Part shown: positions 8,403 through 18,963 of the stretch, in pieces
How positions within the stretch are numbered: position 1 is the stretch's first letter
Layout of the letters: each line of letters begins with the position of its first letter
IMG/VR virus record: IMGVR_UViG_2778261592_000009
Location: 1 to 38,284 of that record
Source: a virus
Lineage: Duplodnaviria; Heunggongvirae; Uroviricota; Caudoviricetes
Strand: one strand, 5' to 3'
DNA: 38,284 bases
Position numbers and translations under genes: made by a program
Notes under the pieces: generated by a model
What the model saw: the letters and a program-made list of their open reading frames with translations, nothing else
Told to the model about the DNA's origin: nothing
Database searches by the model: none

Positions 8403-8761
8403 ATACCTACAGCATCACATTACCCTGGCCTCCGAGCAATAATCGCTATTACCGCCATAATCGCGGGCGCACGCACGTCAGCGCAGAGGGGCAGGCATAC
8501 CGCGATAACGTCGCCAGAATCATTAAAAACGCAATGCTGGATATCGGCCTGGCTATTCCTGTGAAAATCCGCATTGAGTGCCACATGCCGGATCGCCGTC
8601 GCCGTGACCTAGATAATCTGCAAAAGGCCGCTTTTGACGCACTCACCAAAGCGGGTTTCTGGCTGGATGATGCTCAGGTCGTTGATTACCGCGTTGTGAA
8701 GATGCCCGTTACCAAAGGTGGAAAGCTGGAGCTGACCATCACTGAACTGGGAGATGAATGA
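8399..8761 (+). CDS. rusA: RusA Holliday-junction resolvase
   Basis: 120 aa [31 protein letters not shown], essentially the E. coli RusA sequence as recalled; GTG start overlapping ybcO stop. Confidence 0.9.
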   Translation: MNTYSITLPWPPSNNRYYRHNRGRTHVSAEGQAYRDNVARIIKNAMLDIGLAIPVKIRIECHMPDRRRRDLDNLQKAAFDALTKAGFWLDDAQVVDYRVVKMPVTKGGKLELTITELGDE

Positions 8762-8898
8762 TGTTTGAGTCTTATATGGCAGAACGTCTTCGCCACCGCT
8801 GGATGCGCCTGCGCTTATATCGTTTCCCCGGTTCTGTTTTGACCGATTACCGAATACTGAGGAATTACGCCAAAACACTGAAAGGAGCTGCCGCATGA
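8758..8898 (+). CDS. ylcG: YlcG-like small protein (46 aa)
   Basis: ATGATG at 8758 overlapping rusA stop; [23 protein letters not shown]; follows rusA as in DLP12; under ORF-track size cut-off. Confidence 0.55.
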   Translation: MMFESYMAERLRHRWMRLRLYRFPGSVLTDYRILRNYAKTLKGAAA

Positions 8899-9584
8899 AT
8901 ACCCAATATTTACAGTATGTCCGCGAGCAACTCATGGTGGCTACCGCTGACTTGAGCGGAGCAACGAAAGGCCAGCTTGAAGCCTGGCTGGAGCATGCAC
9001 AATTTGATACTGGTACATACAAACGAAAGAAGCGACGCATTCTGGATGAGGTAACTGGCAAGATTATTATGCTGGATAATCCGCCGATTTCCGGTAAACA
9101 GTCGTACGCAAAAGGTGCATCTGTCGCCCTGATCAGTCCGGTCGAGTTTTCAACCTCTTCATGGCGCCGCGCTGTTCTGTCTCTCGATGAGCATCAGAAA
9201 GCATGGTTGCTGTGGAGTTACAGTGAAAATATTCGCTGGGAGCATCAGGTTGCCATAACGCAGTGGGCATGGAGCGAGTTTAAGACTCTGTTGGGTACCA
9301 GAAAAATTGCAGGTAAGACACTGGAACGCCTGAAGAAATTGATCTGGCTGGCGGCACAGGATGTGAAGAGCGAACTGGCAGGGCGTGAGGCTTATGAATA
9401 CCAGGAACTGGCGTCACTGGTGGGAGTGACATCAAAAAACTGGTCTGAGACATTCACTGAACGCTGGGTTGCAATGAAGCACATTTTTCTACAGCTTGAT
9501 AGCGAAGCTTTATTGCTTCTAACGAGAACACGTTCAAAACAAAAGGCGACATTTTCACAGCAAAATATTGCAAAACTGGATTAA
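8895..9584 (+). CDS. putative late-gene antiterminator (Q-position protein), 229 aa
   Basis: Last gene before the lysis cassette, followed by ~300 bp non-coding DNA with a terminator; assignment positional only. Confidence 0.4.
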   Translation: MNTQYLQYVREQLMVATADLSGATKGQLEAWLEHAQFDTGTYKRKKRRILDEVTGKIIMLDNPPISGKQSYAKGASVALISPVEFSTSSWRRAVLSLDEHQKAWLLWSYSENIRWEHQVAITQWAWSEFKTLLGTRKIAGKTLERLKKLIWLAAQDVKSELAGREAYEYQELASLVGVTSKNWSETFTERWVAMKHIFLQLDSEALLLLTRTRSKQKATFSQQNIAKLD

Positions 9585-9765
9585 AAAGCATATATTTCAT
9601 ATAAATCTGATATTTTGCCAATGTTGTACGCACTGGCAGTAATCCAAATTCAAGCTCGAGGTTTAAAGCCTTGGGCTTTTCTGTTTCTGGGCGGTGAGTA
9701 TCCTTCCAACGTACCCCAGACAGGGTGTCTTCAGCTGTTGAGTTGATATTGCTTAACCCTCTGTT

Positions 9766-9789
9766 GCCAGCTACATGCTGGCTTTTTTA
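9766..9789 (+). terminator. rho-independent terminator (candidate tR')
   Basis: GCCAGC(9766..9771)-TACAT-GCTGGC(9777..9782) then TTTTTT(9783..9788); between Q-position gene and holin. Confidence 0.5.
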
Positions 9790-9905
9790 TTCCAGGCTTG
9801 CGGGGAGCATCAACTCCGTGCTTTGTCATTAAATTACCCCGTGAGCCTGATTTCTGACATTTAACGTCCCGGCCTTTTGTCGGCGGCGAAACATTGGCTA
9901 TTCAT

Positions 9906-10211
9906 ATGCACGAAAAAGAGAGCCTTGCCGGAGCGTTCTGGCTCGTTTTGCTGATCATCGCTGGTTGGGGCGGTCTGGTCCGCTATCTGATAGATGTGAA
10001 GCAGAGTAAAGCAACGTGGAGTTGGATAAATGCTCTGGCTCAGATAGTGGTATCAGGATTCACCGGTGTTATTGGTGGCCTGATCAGCATCGAAAGTGGA
10101 TTCAGTATTTACATGATTCTCGCGACAGCGGGGATTAGTGGTGCGATGGGTTCGGTTGCACTGACGTACTTCTGGGAACGACTGACAGGGGTGAAAAATG
10201 CAAAATCTTAA
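9906..10211 (+). CDS. class I holin (three predicted TM helices) with dual-start motif
   Basis: Hydrophobic segments AFWLVLLIIAGWGGLV, ALAQIVVSGFTGVIGGLISI, IYMILATAGISGAMGSVAL; in-frame TTG(9894) and ATG(9906) give M-A-I-H-M; immediately upstream of endolysin. Confidence 0.75.
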   Translation: MHEKESLAGAFWLVLLIIAGWGGLVRYLIDVKQSKATWSWINALAQIVVSGFTGVIGGLISIESGFSIYMILATAGISGAMGSVALTYFWERLTGVKNAKS

Positions 10212-10674
10212 TCCTCAGCGTAAGGCTTTCCTCGATATGGTGGCATGGTCAGAAGGAACGGATAACGGACGGCAGAAAACCAGAAATCATGGTTATGACG
10301 TCATTGTAGGAGGAGAGCTATTCACTGATTACTCCGATCACCCTCGCAAACTTGTCACGCTAAACCCAAAACTCAAATCAACAGCAGCCGGACGTTACCA
10401 GCTTCTTTCCCGTTGGTGGGATGCATACCGTAAGCAGCTTGGGCTGAAAGACTTCTCTCCGAAAAGCCAGGACGCTGTTGCACTACAGCAGATTAAAGAG
10501 CGTGGCGCTTTACCGATGATTGATCGCGGTGATATTCGTCAGGCTATCGACCGTTGCAGCAATATCTGGGCTTCACTGCCGGGCGCTGGTTATGGTCAGT
10601 TCGAGCATAAGGCTGACAGCCTGATTGCAAAATTCAAAGAAGCAGGCGGAACGGTCAGAGAGATTGAGGTATGA
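10198..10674 (+). CDS. R: endolysin, lambda R-type lytic transglycosylase
   Basis: 158 aa; [47 protein letters not shown] matches lambda R almost residue for residue as recalled. Confidence 0.92.
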   Translation: MQNLNPQRKAFLDMVAWSEGTDNGRQKTRNHGYDVIVGGELFTDYSDHPRKLVTLNPKLKSTAAGRYQLLSRWWDAYRKQLGLKDFSPKSQDAVALQQIKERGALPMIDRGDIRQAIDRCSNIWASLPGAGYGQFEHKADSLIAKFKEAGGTVREIEV

Positions 10675-11108
10675 GAAGAGTCACCGCGATTATCTCCGCT
10701 CTGGTTATTTGCATCATCCTCTGCCTGTCATGGGCTGTTAATCATTACCGTGATAACGCCATCGCCTACAAAGAGCAGCGCGATAAAGCCACATCCATCA
10801 TCGCTGATATGCAGAAGCGTCAACGTGATGTAGCAGAACTCGACGCAAGATATACAAAGGAACTTGCTGATGCTAACGCGACTATCGAAAGTCTCCGTGC
10901 TGATGTTTCTGCTGGTCGTAAGCGCCTGCAAGTCTCCGCCACCTGTGCAAAGTCAACGACCGGAGCCAGCAGCATGGGCGATGGAGAAAGCCCAAGACTT
11001 ACAGCAGATGCTGAACTCAATTATTACCGTCTCCGAAGTGGAATAGACAGGATAACCGCGCAGGTTAACTACCTGCAGGAGTACATCAGGACTCAGTGCC
11101 TGAAATAA
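10671..11108 (+). CDS. Rz: i-spanin Rz
   Basis: 145 aa; N-terminal anchor [29 protein letters not shown] very similar to lambda Rz. Confidence 0.9.
   Translation: MRRVTAIISALVICIILCLSWAVNHYRDNAIAYKEQRDKATSIIADMQKRQRDVAELDARYTKELADANATIESLRADVSAGRKRLQVSATCAKSTTGASSMGDGESPRLTADAELNYYRLRSGIDRITAQVNYLQEYIRTQCLK
10870..11046 (+). CDS. Rz1: o-spanin Rz1 lipoprotein, embedded in the +1 frame of Rz
   Basis: ATG 10870; lipobox LVVSAC followed by proline-rich [12 protein letters not shown]; lies entirely inside Rz. Confidence 0.8.
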   Translation: MLTRLSKVSVLMFLLVVSACKSPPPVQSQRPEPAAWAMEKAQDLQQMLNSIITVSEVE

Positions 11109-11140
11109 TTTTTTTGCAAATCACAAAGTCCATTTAATGA

Positions 11141-11166
11141 GCCTCGCGATGCGGGGCTTTTTTATG
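11141..11166 (+). terminator. candidate rho-independent terminator after the lysis cassette
   Basis: GCCTCGC-GAT-GCGGGGC stem-loop (one G-U pair) followed by TTTTTTA. Confidence 0.45.
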
Positions 11167-11310
11167 TCCGCAGTAAACGCGCTTCACACGCGCGACTTAT
11201 GAACACAGAACCTTTCAGGATGACCCTTGAGGATGCCGGTTTGGTGATCGGTACCTTTCTGTGGGCCGGAATCCTGTGTGACAAGGTTCATCACTAAAAG
11301 GTAATTACTG

Positions 11311-11816
11311 ATGAAGTACCCAACAGTTATTGTCAATGGTGTGTCCGTTCGTGTTGATGAGGATGGACGCTACAACTTAAACGATCTCCATGCAGCAGCA
11401 GTTGCAAATGGAGAGGCTACAGAGCAACAGCGCCCAAGCCAGTTTTTGCGTAGCGCGCAGATAAAACGCTTTATAAAAGCACTTTGGAACAAATTCAGCC
11501 ACTTAAAATAATCAAAGGTGGTGCAGAACCAGGTGTGTGGGGTGTTGAACTTCTGGCAATCAGATATGCAGCATGGATTAAGCCGGAATTTGAAATCGAA
11601 GTTTATGAAGTTTTCAAAACGGTTGTCCGTCTCGGTGTTGGCGCAATGTCCCGTCTGAATAGAATCGATCACATCATCAATACTGAAACCAAAGCGATAA
11701 GCCAGTGCGCAAGCCAAATGGCTAAGTGGGGCGTTGGTGGGCGAAAAAGATTGCTTCATGTTGCACGTGAGAGAGCGGCAAATGAAGTGCAAATGTATTT
11801 GCCCGGAATGGTGTGA
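11311..11816 (+). pseudogene. KilA-N-domain protein interrupted by a frameshift (ORFs 11311..11511 and 11484..11816)
   Basis: First ORF ends FLRSAQIKRFIKAL; second frame continues EQIQPLKIIKGGAEPGVWGVELLAIRYAAWIKPEF; together they read as one KilA-N-like domain; frames differ by 1 nt within 11454..11509. Confidence 0.5.
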
Positions 11817-11922
11817 TTCTGCTGGTTAATCCGGGCAGCCCTTCAGTGAGGGCTGCAATAATGCTTTATTCGTATGAAGACGAAGGGTAATCTGTAGGCT
11901 CTGATTATCTAATGGAGGGTTT

Positions 11923-12129
11923 ATGATGGACAATTATTTTAAATCTGGCGATAACCGAGTATCTGATTCTGAGCACCAGCGTTTAGTGGCTACCAAAGCA
12001 GCTCTTGAAATTATCAAGGCCGCCGTATCTGCCCCTACCGATGCGAAAAACGTGTCTTATGATTTGGAGGAGGCAATAAAATACCTTCCGCGGTTGACTG
12101 ATGCTATTCAGGAAACGATTGGTAAATAG
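11923..12129 (+). CDS. hypothetical small protein (68 aa)
   Basis: GGAGGG RBS 5 nt upstream of ATG; no recognisable family. Confidence 0.5.
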   Translation: MMDNYFKSGDNRVSDSEHQRLVATKAALEIIKAAVSAPTDAKNVSYDLEEAIKYLPRLTDAIQETIGK

Positions 12130-12340
12130 CATTTCGTTTTAGTTTTATTATTTCACCTTAAATATGAGTAAGATTAAGACAAAGCTACCTACGAGTAGCT
12201 TTTTTAATGGCTATAGCATTAGGAACATAATCATGTAAAAACCGGACAAAGAAGCCATCGGACGGCGTCTAGTAAAACAGTAATCAAGATATGCAATACT
12301 GAAACGCCGCCTGGTATTCTCTGAGATAAAGAAGAATTAA

Positions 12341-12919
12341 TTAAGTATTAGTCATTGAATGTTTTATGTGCTCGAATAATGTGAGAGCATCATCAGATAA
12401 TTCACGCCGAGAGATCCAGTCATGCTCATTCAATTGCCATGCAAGGCCTAAAGCTTGATTCAATCCTGGATATGCAATTGGTGAGTCATCAGAGTTACTA
12501 CTTGCGGCTTCCATTTTGGCTAATGGAATTCTTAAACGATTGATCTTACGTTTATAGATCTGTATCTCATTTCGCACATGATTCAATGGAGATCCATCAT
12601 TTTTTGCAAATTGATCTAATGTTCTTACTAGTTCATACATTCCTAAAACCCAGAGATAGGAAGAAGTGATATGATCACTTAAGTCGTGCATTGGGTTTTT
12701 TAGATATCCAGTCTTGATGAGTTCAGCATCATCATTAACTAGGCGAGAATCTAGTGCACCTAGATGTTGAAGTGTTATTGTCGACCATTGATTGTGGGCC
12801 GTAATTGCATGGGAGCAGTCAACCCACCTCTTGTTTCTGTCTGCATCAAATAATCCAGCAATGTAAGCTCTAAGCCTACCATTGTGGGGCTTCTTTAATT
12901 CCTCAGACAAATTATCCAT
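12341..12919 (-). CDS. hypothetical protein (192 aa), antisense orphan between lysis and packaging modules
   Basis: ATG at 12919 with AGGAGA 6 nt upstream (maximal ORF to 12946 starts at GTG and would overlap the terminase start); AT-rich; no recognisable motifs. Confidence 0.6.
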   Translation of the reverse strand: MDNLSEELKKPHNGRLRAYIAGLFDADRNKRWVDCSHAITAHNQWSTITLQHLGALDSRLVNDDAELIKTGYLKNPMHDLSDHITSSYLWVLGMYELVRTLDQFAKNDGSPLNHVRNEIQIYKRKINRLRIPLAKMEAASSNSDDSPIAYPGLNQALGLAWQLNEHDWISRRELSDDALTLFEHIKHSMTNT

Positions 12920-12939
12920 TTGATCTCCTAGGGTACTAT

Positions 12940-13491
12940 ATGGCACTCACCGACAAGCAAGAAATGTTCTGTCGCGAGTACCTCATCGATTTAAACGCCA
13001 CGCAAGCGGCTATTCGGGCGGGGTACAGCGCAAAGACAGCTAACCGTACCGCATCCGAAAACCTGTCAAAACCTGACATCAAGTTAAGAATCGCCGAACT
13101 GAAAGCGCAACGCAATGATCTTGTTGGTATTAATGCAGAATATGTACTTAATCGCCTTATTGAAATCGACCAGATGGATGTGCTTGACATTCTCTTGCAA
13201 AACGGTGAGCTAAAACCCATTAAAGACTGGCCTAAGGTATGGCGCACAACGTTATCAGGAATGGATGTCGTGGAGATGGCATCCGCAGATAGCGCCGCAC
13301 TCCTGAAGAAAATCAAATGGCCTGATAAGGTTAAAAACCTCGAACTTCTTGGTAAGCATGTTTCTGTTCAGGCGTTTAAAGACAACGTCAAAAATGAAGT
13401 GACTGGCGCTGATGGAGGACCAGTCAGAACAGAAATTACCAACTTAACGCCGGAGCAGGCTGCAGAGGCGTATAGAAAAATGATGGGCTAA
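12940..13491 (+). CDS. terminase small subunit
   Basis: 183 aa; N-terminus [34 protein letters not shown] typical of Terminase_2-type small subunits; precedes large subunit. Confidence 0.85.
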   Translation: MALTDKQEMFCREYLIDLNATQAAIRAGYSAKTANRTASENLSKPDIKLRIAELKAQRNDLVGINAEYVLNRLIEIDQMDVLDILLQNGELKPIKDWPKVWRTTLSGMDVVEMASADSAALLKKIKWPDKVKNLELLGKHVSVQAFKDNVKNEVTGADGGPVRTEITNLTPEQAAEAYRKMMG

Positions 13492-13493
13492 GT

Positions 13494-15116
13494 ATGCCGT
13501 TACCATTCTCCTTCGATTTTAAACATCCTGATTACCAGATGGTTTTTGAATGGCGGATGGAACGCTTACAGCGCATTCGCCAGAATCCTGAAATATTGCC
13601 TGCACTAAAACAGTTTTACCGAACCAATCCGGCTCAGTTCATCATCGACTGGGGCATGACAACGGACCCGCGTAATATTGATTATGGCCTGCCGGTGACC
13701 ATTCCGTTTTTACTCTTCCCTAAGCAGGAGGAGTGGATCCACTGGATTATGGAACGCTGGGGCAATCGGGAGAATGGTATTACCGAAAAATCCCGTGAAA
13801 TGGGGCTCAGTTGGACCGCGATCGGACTGGCCTGCTCGCTTTGTCTCTTCAACAAAGAAATGGTTATCGGTTTCGGCTCCCGTAAAGAGGAATACGTCGA
13901 CAGCACTGGTGACCCGAAAGCATTGTTCTGGAAGGCACGCAAGTTCGTGGAAACGCTACCTGTAGAGTTTCGCGGTTCGTGGAGCGAGAAGAAGCACGCG
14001 CCATATATGCGTGTTGAGTTTCCTGAAACTGGTGCCGTTATCAAAGGCGAGGCTGGCGATAATATTGGTCGTGGTGACCGTACCACGCTTTATCTGGTTG
14101 ATGAGGCTGCATTCCTTCAGCGTCCTCTGCTGATTGATGCGGCGTTGTCACAAACGACGCGTTGCCGTATCGACCTGAGTTCAGTTAACGGCATGGCTAA
14201 CCCGTTCGCTCAGAAGCGTCATGGCGGGAAGATACCGGTATTCACATTCCACTGGCGGGATGATCCTCGCAAGGATGAAGAGTGGTATCGCAGGGAATGC
14301 GAGAAAATCGATAATCCGGTGGTGGTGGCACAGGAACTTGATCTGAACTACAGCGCATCAGCGGAAGGCGTTCTGATTCCATCCGAATGGGTACAGGCTG
14401 CCGTTGATGCACATATCAAACTGGGTATCCAGCCAACAGGCAAACGACTTGGCGCGATGGATGTCGCTGATGAAGGCAGGGACAAAAATGCCTTTTCCAC
14501 CCGTCATGGCTTCCTCCTGGAAAATGTGCGGGAATGGTCTGGTGTGGGCAGCGACATTTATCAGTCCGTCGAGAAGGTCTTCGGTTTTTGCGAACAGGAC
14601 AACCTCGAAGAGTTTCGCTTTGACGAGGACGGGCTGGGCGCTGGCGTTCGCGGCGATGCACGCGCTATCAACGAACTGCGTAACGCTGCGCGCCGACCGT
14701 CAATACTCGCCACACCGTTTCGAGGTAGTGGTGCGGTATTTGATCCGGATGATGAAGCTGTTCGCGGGGACAACGGGCAAGCCGCACGTCTGAACAAGGA
14801 CTTCTTCGCTAACGCCAAAGCCCAGAGCTGGTGGCGGTTACGTAAACTTTTTCAGAATACCTGGCGCGCCGTGGTTGAAGGTATGGCTTACAACCCGGAC
14901 GAAATCATCTCAATCAGCAGTAGCATGGCACTCAAAGATAAACTCATCATCGAGCTTTCGCAGCCGACCTATTCCATTAATGGTGTGGGAAAAATCGTTA
15001 TTGATAAACAGCCTGATGGAACCCGGTCGCCAAACCTTGCCGACTCGGTGATGATCAACTATGCCCCAATGAATTCAGCCCTGAACATCTGGGAGCTGCT
15101 AGGGAGACAGGCCTGA
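13494..15116 (+). CDS. terminase large subunit
   Basis: 540 aa ORF directly after small subunit; size, position and LYLVDEAAF-type acidic motif consistent with terminase. Confidence 0.8.
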   Translation: MPLPFSFDFKHPDYQMVFEWRMERLQRIRQNPEILPALKQFYRTNPAQFIIDWGMTTDPRNIDYGLPVTIPFLLFPKQEEWIHWIMERWGNRENGITEKSREMGLSWTAIGLACSLCLFNKEMVIGFGSRKEEYVDSTGDPKALFWKARKFVETLPVEFRGSWSEKKHAPYMRVEFPETGAVIKGEAGDNIGRGDRTTLYLVDEAAFLQRPLLIDAALSQTTRCRIDLSSVNGMANPFAQKRHGGKIPVFTFHWRDDPRKDEEWYRRECEKIDNPVVVAQELDLNYSASAEGVLIPSEWVQAAVDAHIKLGIQPTGKRLGAMDVADEGRDKNAFSTRHGFLLENVREWSGVGSDIYQSVEKVFGFCEQDNLEEFRFDEDGLGAGVRGDARAINELRNAARRPSILATPFRGSGAVFDPDDEAVRGDNGQAARLNKDFFANAKAQSWWRLRKLFQNTWRAVVEGMAYNPDEIISISSSMALKDKLIIELSQPTYSINGVGKIVIDKQPDGTRSPNLADSVMINYAPMNSALNIWELLGRQA

Positions 15117-16582
15117 TGTCACGAAACAAACAAGCCCTGCGGCGAACTGCGCAGGCCACAGCTGATGGTTATGAGAATTTTATTGCCCGCGTAGGGATGC
15201 ATACACCTAACCAGCACTCTGCATCCACCTACCGGGCTAATTTCACCAGTCGTAACCGCATGCAGGTGGAATGGTCCTATCGTTCGTCCTGGATCATCGG
15301 CGAAGCAGTCGATGCTATCCCGGATGATATGACCCGCAAAGGCATTCGCATTACTTCGGAAATTGATGCAAAAGATCGTGGCATTCTCGAATCACAACTG
15401 GATGAGTTGCAAATCTGGGATGCGCTGAACGACGTGCTGAAATGGTCGCGCCTCTACGGCGGCGCGGTGGGTTTCATCATGATTGAGGGGCAGGCACCAA
15501 TGACCCCGCTGCGACCCGAAACCATCGGTAAGGGCAAGTTTAAGGGGATTCTCCCGCTCGACCGCTGGATGATTGACCCGGTACTGACCCGCCGCATTAA
15601 AGATATGGGGCCGGACCTGGGTAAACCTGAGTTTTACGATGTGGTGACCACAGCAACGGGAATTCCTGCCTGGCGAATTCATCACAGTCGCCTGATTCGC
15701 TTTGATGGCGTCACGCTGCCATTTCAGCAGAAGATGACCGAGAACGAATGGGGAATGTCGGTTGTAGAGCGTATCTGGGATCGTCTTACCGCGTTCGACA
15801 GCGCTACTGTCGGCGCGGCGCAGCTGGTCTACAAGGCGCATTTGCGTACCTACAGCGTGGAGAAGCTACGCGAGCTTATCGCACTTGGTGGTCCTGCGTA
15901 TGAAGCGTTGCTGAAGAATATCGACCTGATTCGACAGTTCCAGAGCAATGAAGGCATGACGCTCATGGACTCGCGGGATAAGTTTGAAACTCATCAGTAC
16001 AGCTTCAGTGGTCTGGATGACATCCTTTCACAGTTTGCAGAACAGATTAGTGGCGCTGTTGGTATCCCACTGGTGCGGCTGTTTGGACAGTCCCCGAAAG
16101 GATTTTCTACCGGTGATGCAGACCTTGCCAACTATTACGACCGCATCAGTTCGTTGCAGGAGAGACGTTTACGTCTTCCGGTGCGGCGGATACTGGACAT
16201 CATGCATCGTTCGGAACTTGGCAAGCCGCTCCCGGATGATTTCACGTTTGAGTTTAACCCGCTCTGGCAAATGTCTGATGTCGATCGTTCAACGGTGGCG
16301 TTAAATACCACCAACGCAATCAGTACAGCGCTGGGTGATGGTCTGATGACACTGAAAGCCGCTATGACTGATTTGCGCGAAAATTCTGACGTAACCGGCA
16401 TCGGGGCATCCATTACCGACGAGGACATAGAGAATGCCGAAGACGAAGCGCCGCCCGGCATCGGCGAACCTGATGACGAACCGCAGGAACCGTCAGGCGG
16501 AAATCCGCTATCGAACCAGCCTACGCAGGATAGCGCGGGCGGTCGGAGACATCGTAAATGGTCGCTACGATGGCTCAAATGA
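15116..16582 (+). CDS. portal protein
   Basis: 488 aa ORF after terminase (ATGA overlap) with acidic C-terminus; assigned by size and position. Confidence 0.7.
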   Translation: MSRNKQALRRTAQATADGYENFIARVGMHTPNQHSASTYRANFTSRNRMQVEWSYRSSWIIGEAVDAIPDDMTRKGIRITSEIDAKDRGILESQLDELQIWDALNDVLKWSRLYGGAVGFIMIEGQAPMTPLRPETIGKGKFKGILPLDRWMIDPVLTRRIKDMGPDLGKPEFYDVVTTATGIPAWRIHHSRLIRFDGVTLPFQQKMTENEWGMSVVERIWDRLTAFDSATVGAAQLVYKAHLRTYSVEKLRELIALGGPAYEALLKNIDLIRQFQSNEGMTLMDSRDKFETHQYSFSGLDDILSQFAEQISGAVGIPLVRLFGQSPKGFSTGDADLANYYDRISSLQERRLRLPVRRILDIMHRSELGKPLPDDFTFEFNPLWQMSDVDRSTVALNTTNAISTALGDGLMTLKAAMTDLRENSDVTGIGASITDEDIENAEDEAPPGIGEPDDEPQEPSGGNPLSNQPTQDSAGGRRHRKWSLRWLK

Positions 16583-17207
16583 CAGTATCACGGAAATTAT
16601 TGAGGCGCTGGAACGCTACAGTGAAATCATCACCCCCTGGGCGACAAAGGTCGCGGAAAACTTTACCGCCGATATTGTGCGCAAGAATGATGAGCAGTGG
16701 CGTAAACACAGCAAAACCATCAGCCGTGAGCTACGCAATCTGGTAAACAGTGCCCCCCCAGGGCAGGTGATGAAATCCATCGTTGCTGAACAGGTTAAGT
16801 ACATCAAATCGCTACCCCTCGAGGCGGCTGACAGGGTGTACGACATCCAGAATCGGGCGATAGAAGCTGTTGTGACCGGTGGGAGAGCGGAACATTTTGC
16901 TAAAGAAATAGCCGCATCGGGTGATATAGCAAAGTCCAGAGCTGACCTGATTGCCCGTACTGAACTTGGACGTGCAACCGGCGCGCTGGATCAGGCGCGT
17001 GCGCTGTCAATTGGTTCGAATGGTTATATCTGGCGTACAGCCGAAGATGGTGACGTCAGGCATTCTCATCGGGAAATGGAAGGTAAATTTGTCGAATGGG
17101 GCAAACCTCCAACGCTTGATGGCATGACCGGTCACGCTGGCGAGCTCCCGAATTGTCGCTGTTATAAAGAAATCGTTTTTCCCACCTCCCAATCTTATCC
17201 CGCCTGA
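16434..17207 (+). CDS. head morphogenesis protein, Mu F-like minor head protein
   Basis: GAGGA RBS; C-terminal DGDVRHSHREMEG ... LPNCRCYK motif characteristic of Mu F / SPP1 gp7 family; 5' end overlaps portal ORF by 149 nt in another frame. Confidence 0.7.
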   Translation: MPKTKRRPASANLMTNRRNRQAEIRYRTSLRRIARAVGDIVNGRYDGSNDSITEIIEALERYSEIITPWATKVAENFTADIVRKNDEQWRKHSKTISRELRNLVNSAPPGQVMKSIVAEQVKYIKSLPLEAADRVYDIQNRAIEAVVTGGRAEHFAKEIAASGDIAKSRADLIARTELGRATGALDQARALSIGSNGYIWRTAEDGDVRHSHREMEGKFVEWGKPPTLDGMTGHAGELPNCRCYKEIVFPTSQSYPA

Positions 17208-17221
17208 ATCGCAGGTAACCC

Positions 17222-18442
17222 ATGAAATATTTTTTCAATACCCGGCTGGGAGAAACCCGCTACCAGCTGGCTGACGGCTCGTTGCTGTGCAAAGACGTGC
17301 CGATAGGACGAACAGGTAAGCAGCTCTATGGTGCTGATGATCTGCCAAAACTGAAACCCGATAAGTTCGGTGAAATAGTCGTCACGCGTTCTCCTGAGCA
17401 GGTATTCCATCCGGCCACGCTTGCCTCATTCGAAGGGATGAGCATCACGATCCTGCATCCTGAAGATGAAAACGGGAATGTGCGGCTGGTAAATCCCGAG
17501 AACTGGAAAGAGCTTGCTGTCGGGCACCTCCAGAATGTCCGGCGCGGGACGGGTGAGCAGTCTGATTTGATGCTGGCTGACCTTATCGTCAAAGACGAAA
17601 ACGCCATTCAGCTTATCGAAGATGGCCTGCGCGAAGTGTCGTGCGGCTATGACGCGGAGTACGAGCAGACCGAGCCAGGTAAAGCCGAGCAGGTCGATAT
17701 TACCGGAAACCATGTGGCTCTTGTCCCTAAAGGCAGAGCCGGAAATCGTTGTGCAATTGGAGACAGAGACACAATGGCAAATCAAAAGAAAAACTGGTGG
17801 AACCGCATGCGTGCAGCCATCAAGACAGGAGATGCCGACACCATGAACGAACTGGTGGAGTCGGCTCCCGCATCGGTTACAGGAGATGAGGGGGATTTGC
17901 CGCAGGGCGTTAATCTCAACATCAACCTGTCCCCGCAGCAACCACTACCGGACAAAGCACCAGAGATGGGTGGAGGTCCAACCGGCGACAGTGATGATGA
18001 CCTCAAAACATTACTGAAAGCCCTGCTGGCTAAGCTGGAAGGAAATGCCACGGGCGATAACGATAATAAGCCTGACGATAATCCGACCGGTGACGGCGAG
18101 GACGATGAAGAGGAAACCACGATTACTGGTGACTCAGCCTGGCGTGCCGAAGTTATCGTTCCGGGTATCGATCTGAGCCGTAAGATGAAACCGACCGAGT
18201 TCAAACGCGAGGTTCTGGCTTCCGCAGATAAAACGCTGGTTCGCCAGATCGTCGGTGATGCGGATATCCGCAAATTGCCGAAACAATCGGTCGACATGGC
18301 GTTTAATGCCGTGTCTGAGATTGCCAAAGGGCGAAACACCCGCGCCACCACCGGCGATGCACAGCGCCCAAACATGGGCATGACCAGTATCGCTTCCCTG
18401 AACAAACAAAACGCTGAATTCTGGGCAAACCGTAAAGGGTAA
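17222..18442 (+). CDS. putative head scaffolding / prohead protease protein
   Basis: 406 aa with long acidic low-complexity segment (GDSDDDLKTLL ... GDGEDDEEETT); lies between portal/Mu F and capsid genes. Confidence 0.5.
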   Translation: MKYFFNTRLGETRYQLADGSLLCKDVPIGRTGKQLYGADDLPKLKPDKFGEIVVTRSPEQVFHPATLASFEGMSITILHPEDENGNVRLVNPENWKELAVGHLQNVRRGTGEQSDLMLADLIVKDENAIQLIEDGLREVSCGYDAEYEQTEPGKAEQVDITGNHVALVPKGRAGNRCAIGDRDTMANQKKNWWNRMRAAIKTGDADTMNELVESAPASVTGDEGDLPQGVNLNINLSPQQPLPDKAPEMGGGPTGDSDDDLKTLLKALLAKLEGNATGDNDNKPDDNPTGDGEDDEEETTITGDSAWRAEVIVPGIDLSRKMKPTEFKREVLASADKTLVRQIVGDADIRKLPKQSVDMAFNAVSEIAKGRNTRATTGDAQRPNMGMTSIASLNKQNAEFWANRKG

Positions 18443-18445
18443 AAA

Positions 18446-18952
18446 ATGAATAATGTATTTCTGTACCGGATGCCTGTTGGCATTGCCGGGGCTGTCTCTC
18501 GCCCGCAGGACTTAACCGTCGAACCGGTGGTCCTTAAATCCGATAACGCCTTCGCTGCCTATGGGCTGGCTGGTAAATACGATGATGACGGTTTTTTCGT
18601 GCCGCTGGCAGATGGTGATACCGCAGACAAGGTGAAGGGGATCTACGTGCGCCCTTATCCGACCACTTCGCAGCCGGACATGGTTCGCCAGGTGGGGAGT
18701 GGCAAGAACTTCCCGGGCGACGCCATGAAGCGTGGCTACGTGACCGTTAATCTCGGTTCTGATTTTGATGCCAGCACCATCAAAAAAGGCGACCCGGTAT
18801 ACGTTGTCGTCTCCACTGATGAATCCATCAAAGTGCCGCTGGGTGGATTCATGTCCACGTCAGTCAGTGGCAAAAATGTGGTGCTGACCAACGCTGAATT
18901 CACAGGTGCCGGTGATGCTGACGGCAATGCAGAAATTTCCTGGAAGATTTAA
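18446..18952 (+). CDS. putative head decoration / structural protein (168 aa)
   Basis: Immediately upstream of major capsid gene; AAAGGG RBS. Confidence 0.45.
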   Translation: MNNVFLYRMPVGIAGAVSRPQDLTVEPVVLKSDNAFAAYGLAGKYDDDGFFVPLADGDTADKVKGIYVRPYPTTSQPDMVRQVGSGKNFPGDAMKRGYVTVNLGSDFDASTIKKGDPVYVVVSTDESIKVPLGGFMSTSVSGKNVVLTNAEFTGAGDADGNAEISWKI

Positions 18953-18963
18953 GGAACAGACGA

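Noticed and set aside
9585-9893. Toxin or virulence cargo downstream of the Q-position gene (as in Stx phages), or tRNA genes there
   Set aside because: Region is non-coding with only promoter/terminator-like features; no tRNA-like cloverleaf sequences seen by eye
16135-16578. 147-aa antisense ORF inside the portal C-terminus
   Set aside because: Shadow ORF opposite the portal gene; no RBS
17326-18483. Antisense ORFs (17326..17607, 17426..17941, 17782..18483, 18134..18409) within the scaffold gene
   Set aside because: Shadow ORFs opposite a well-supported sense gene in a GC-rich acidic-repeat region; no RBS or independent signals
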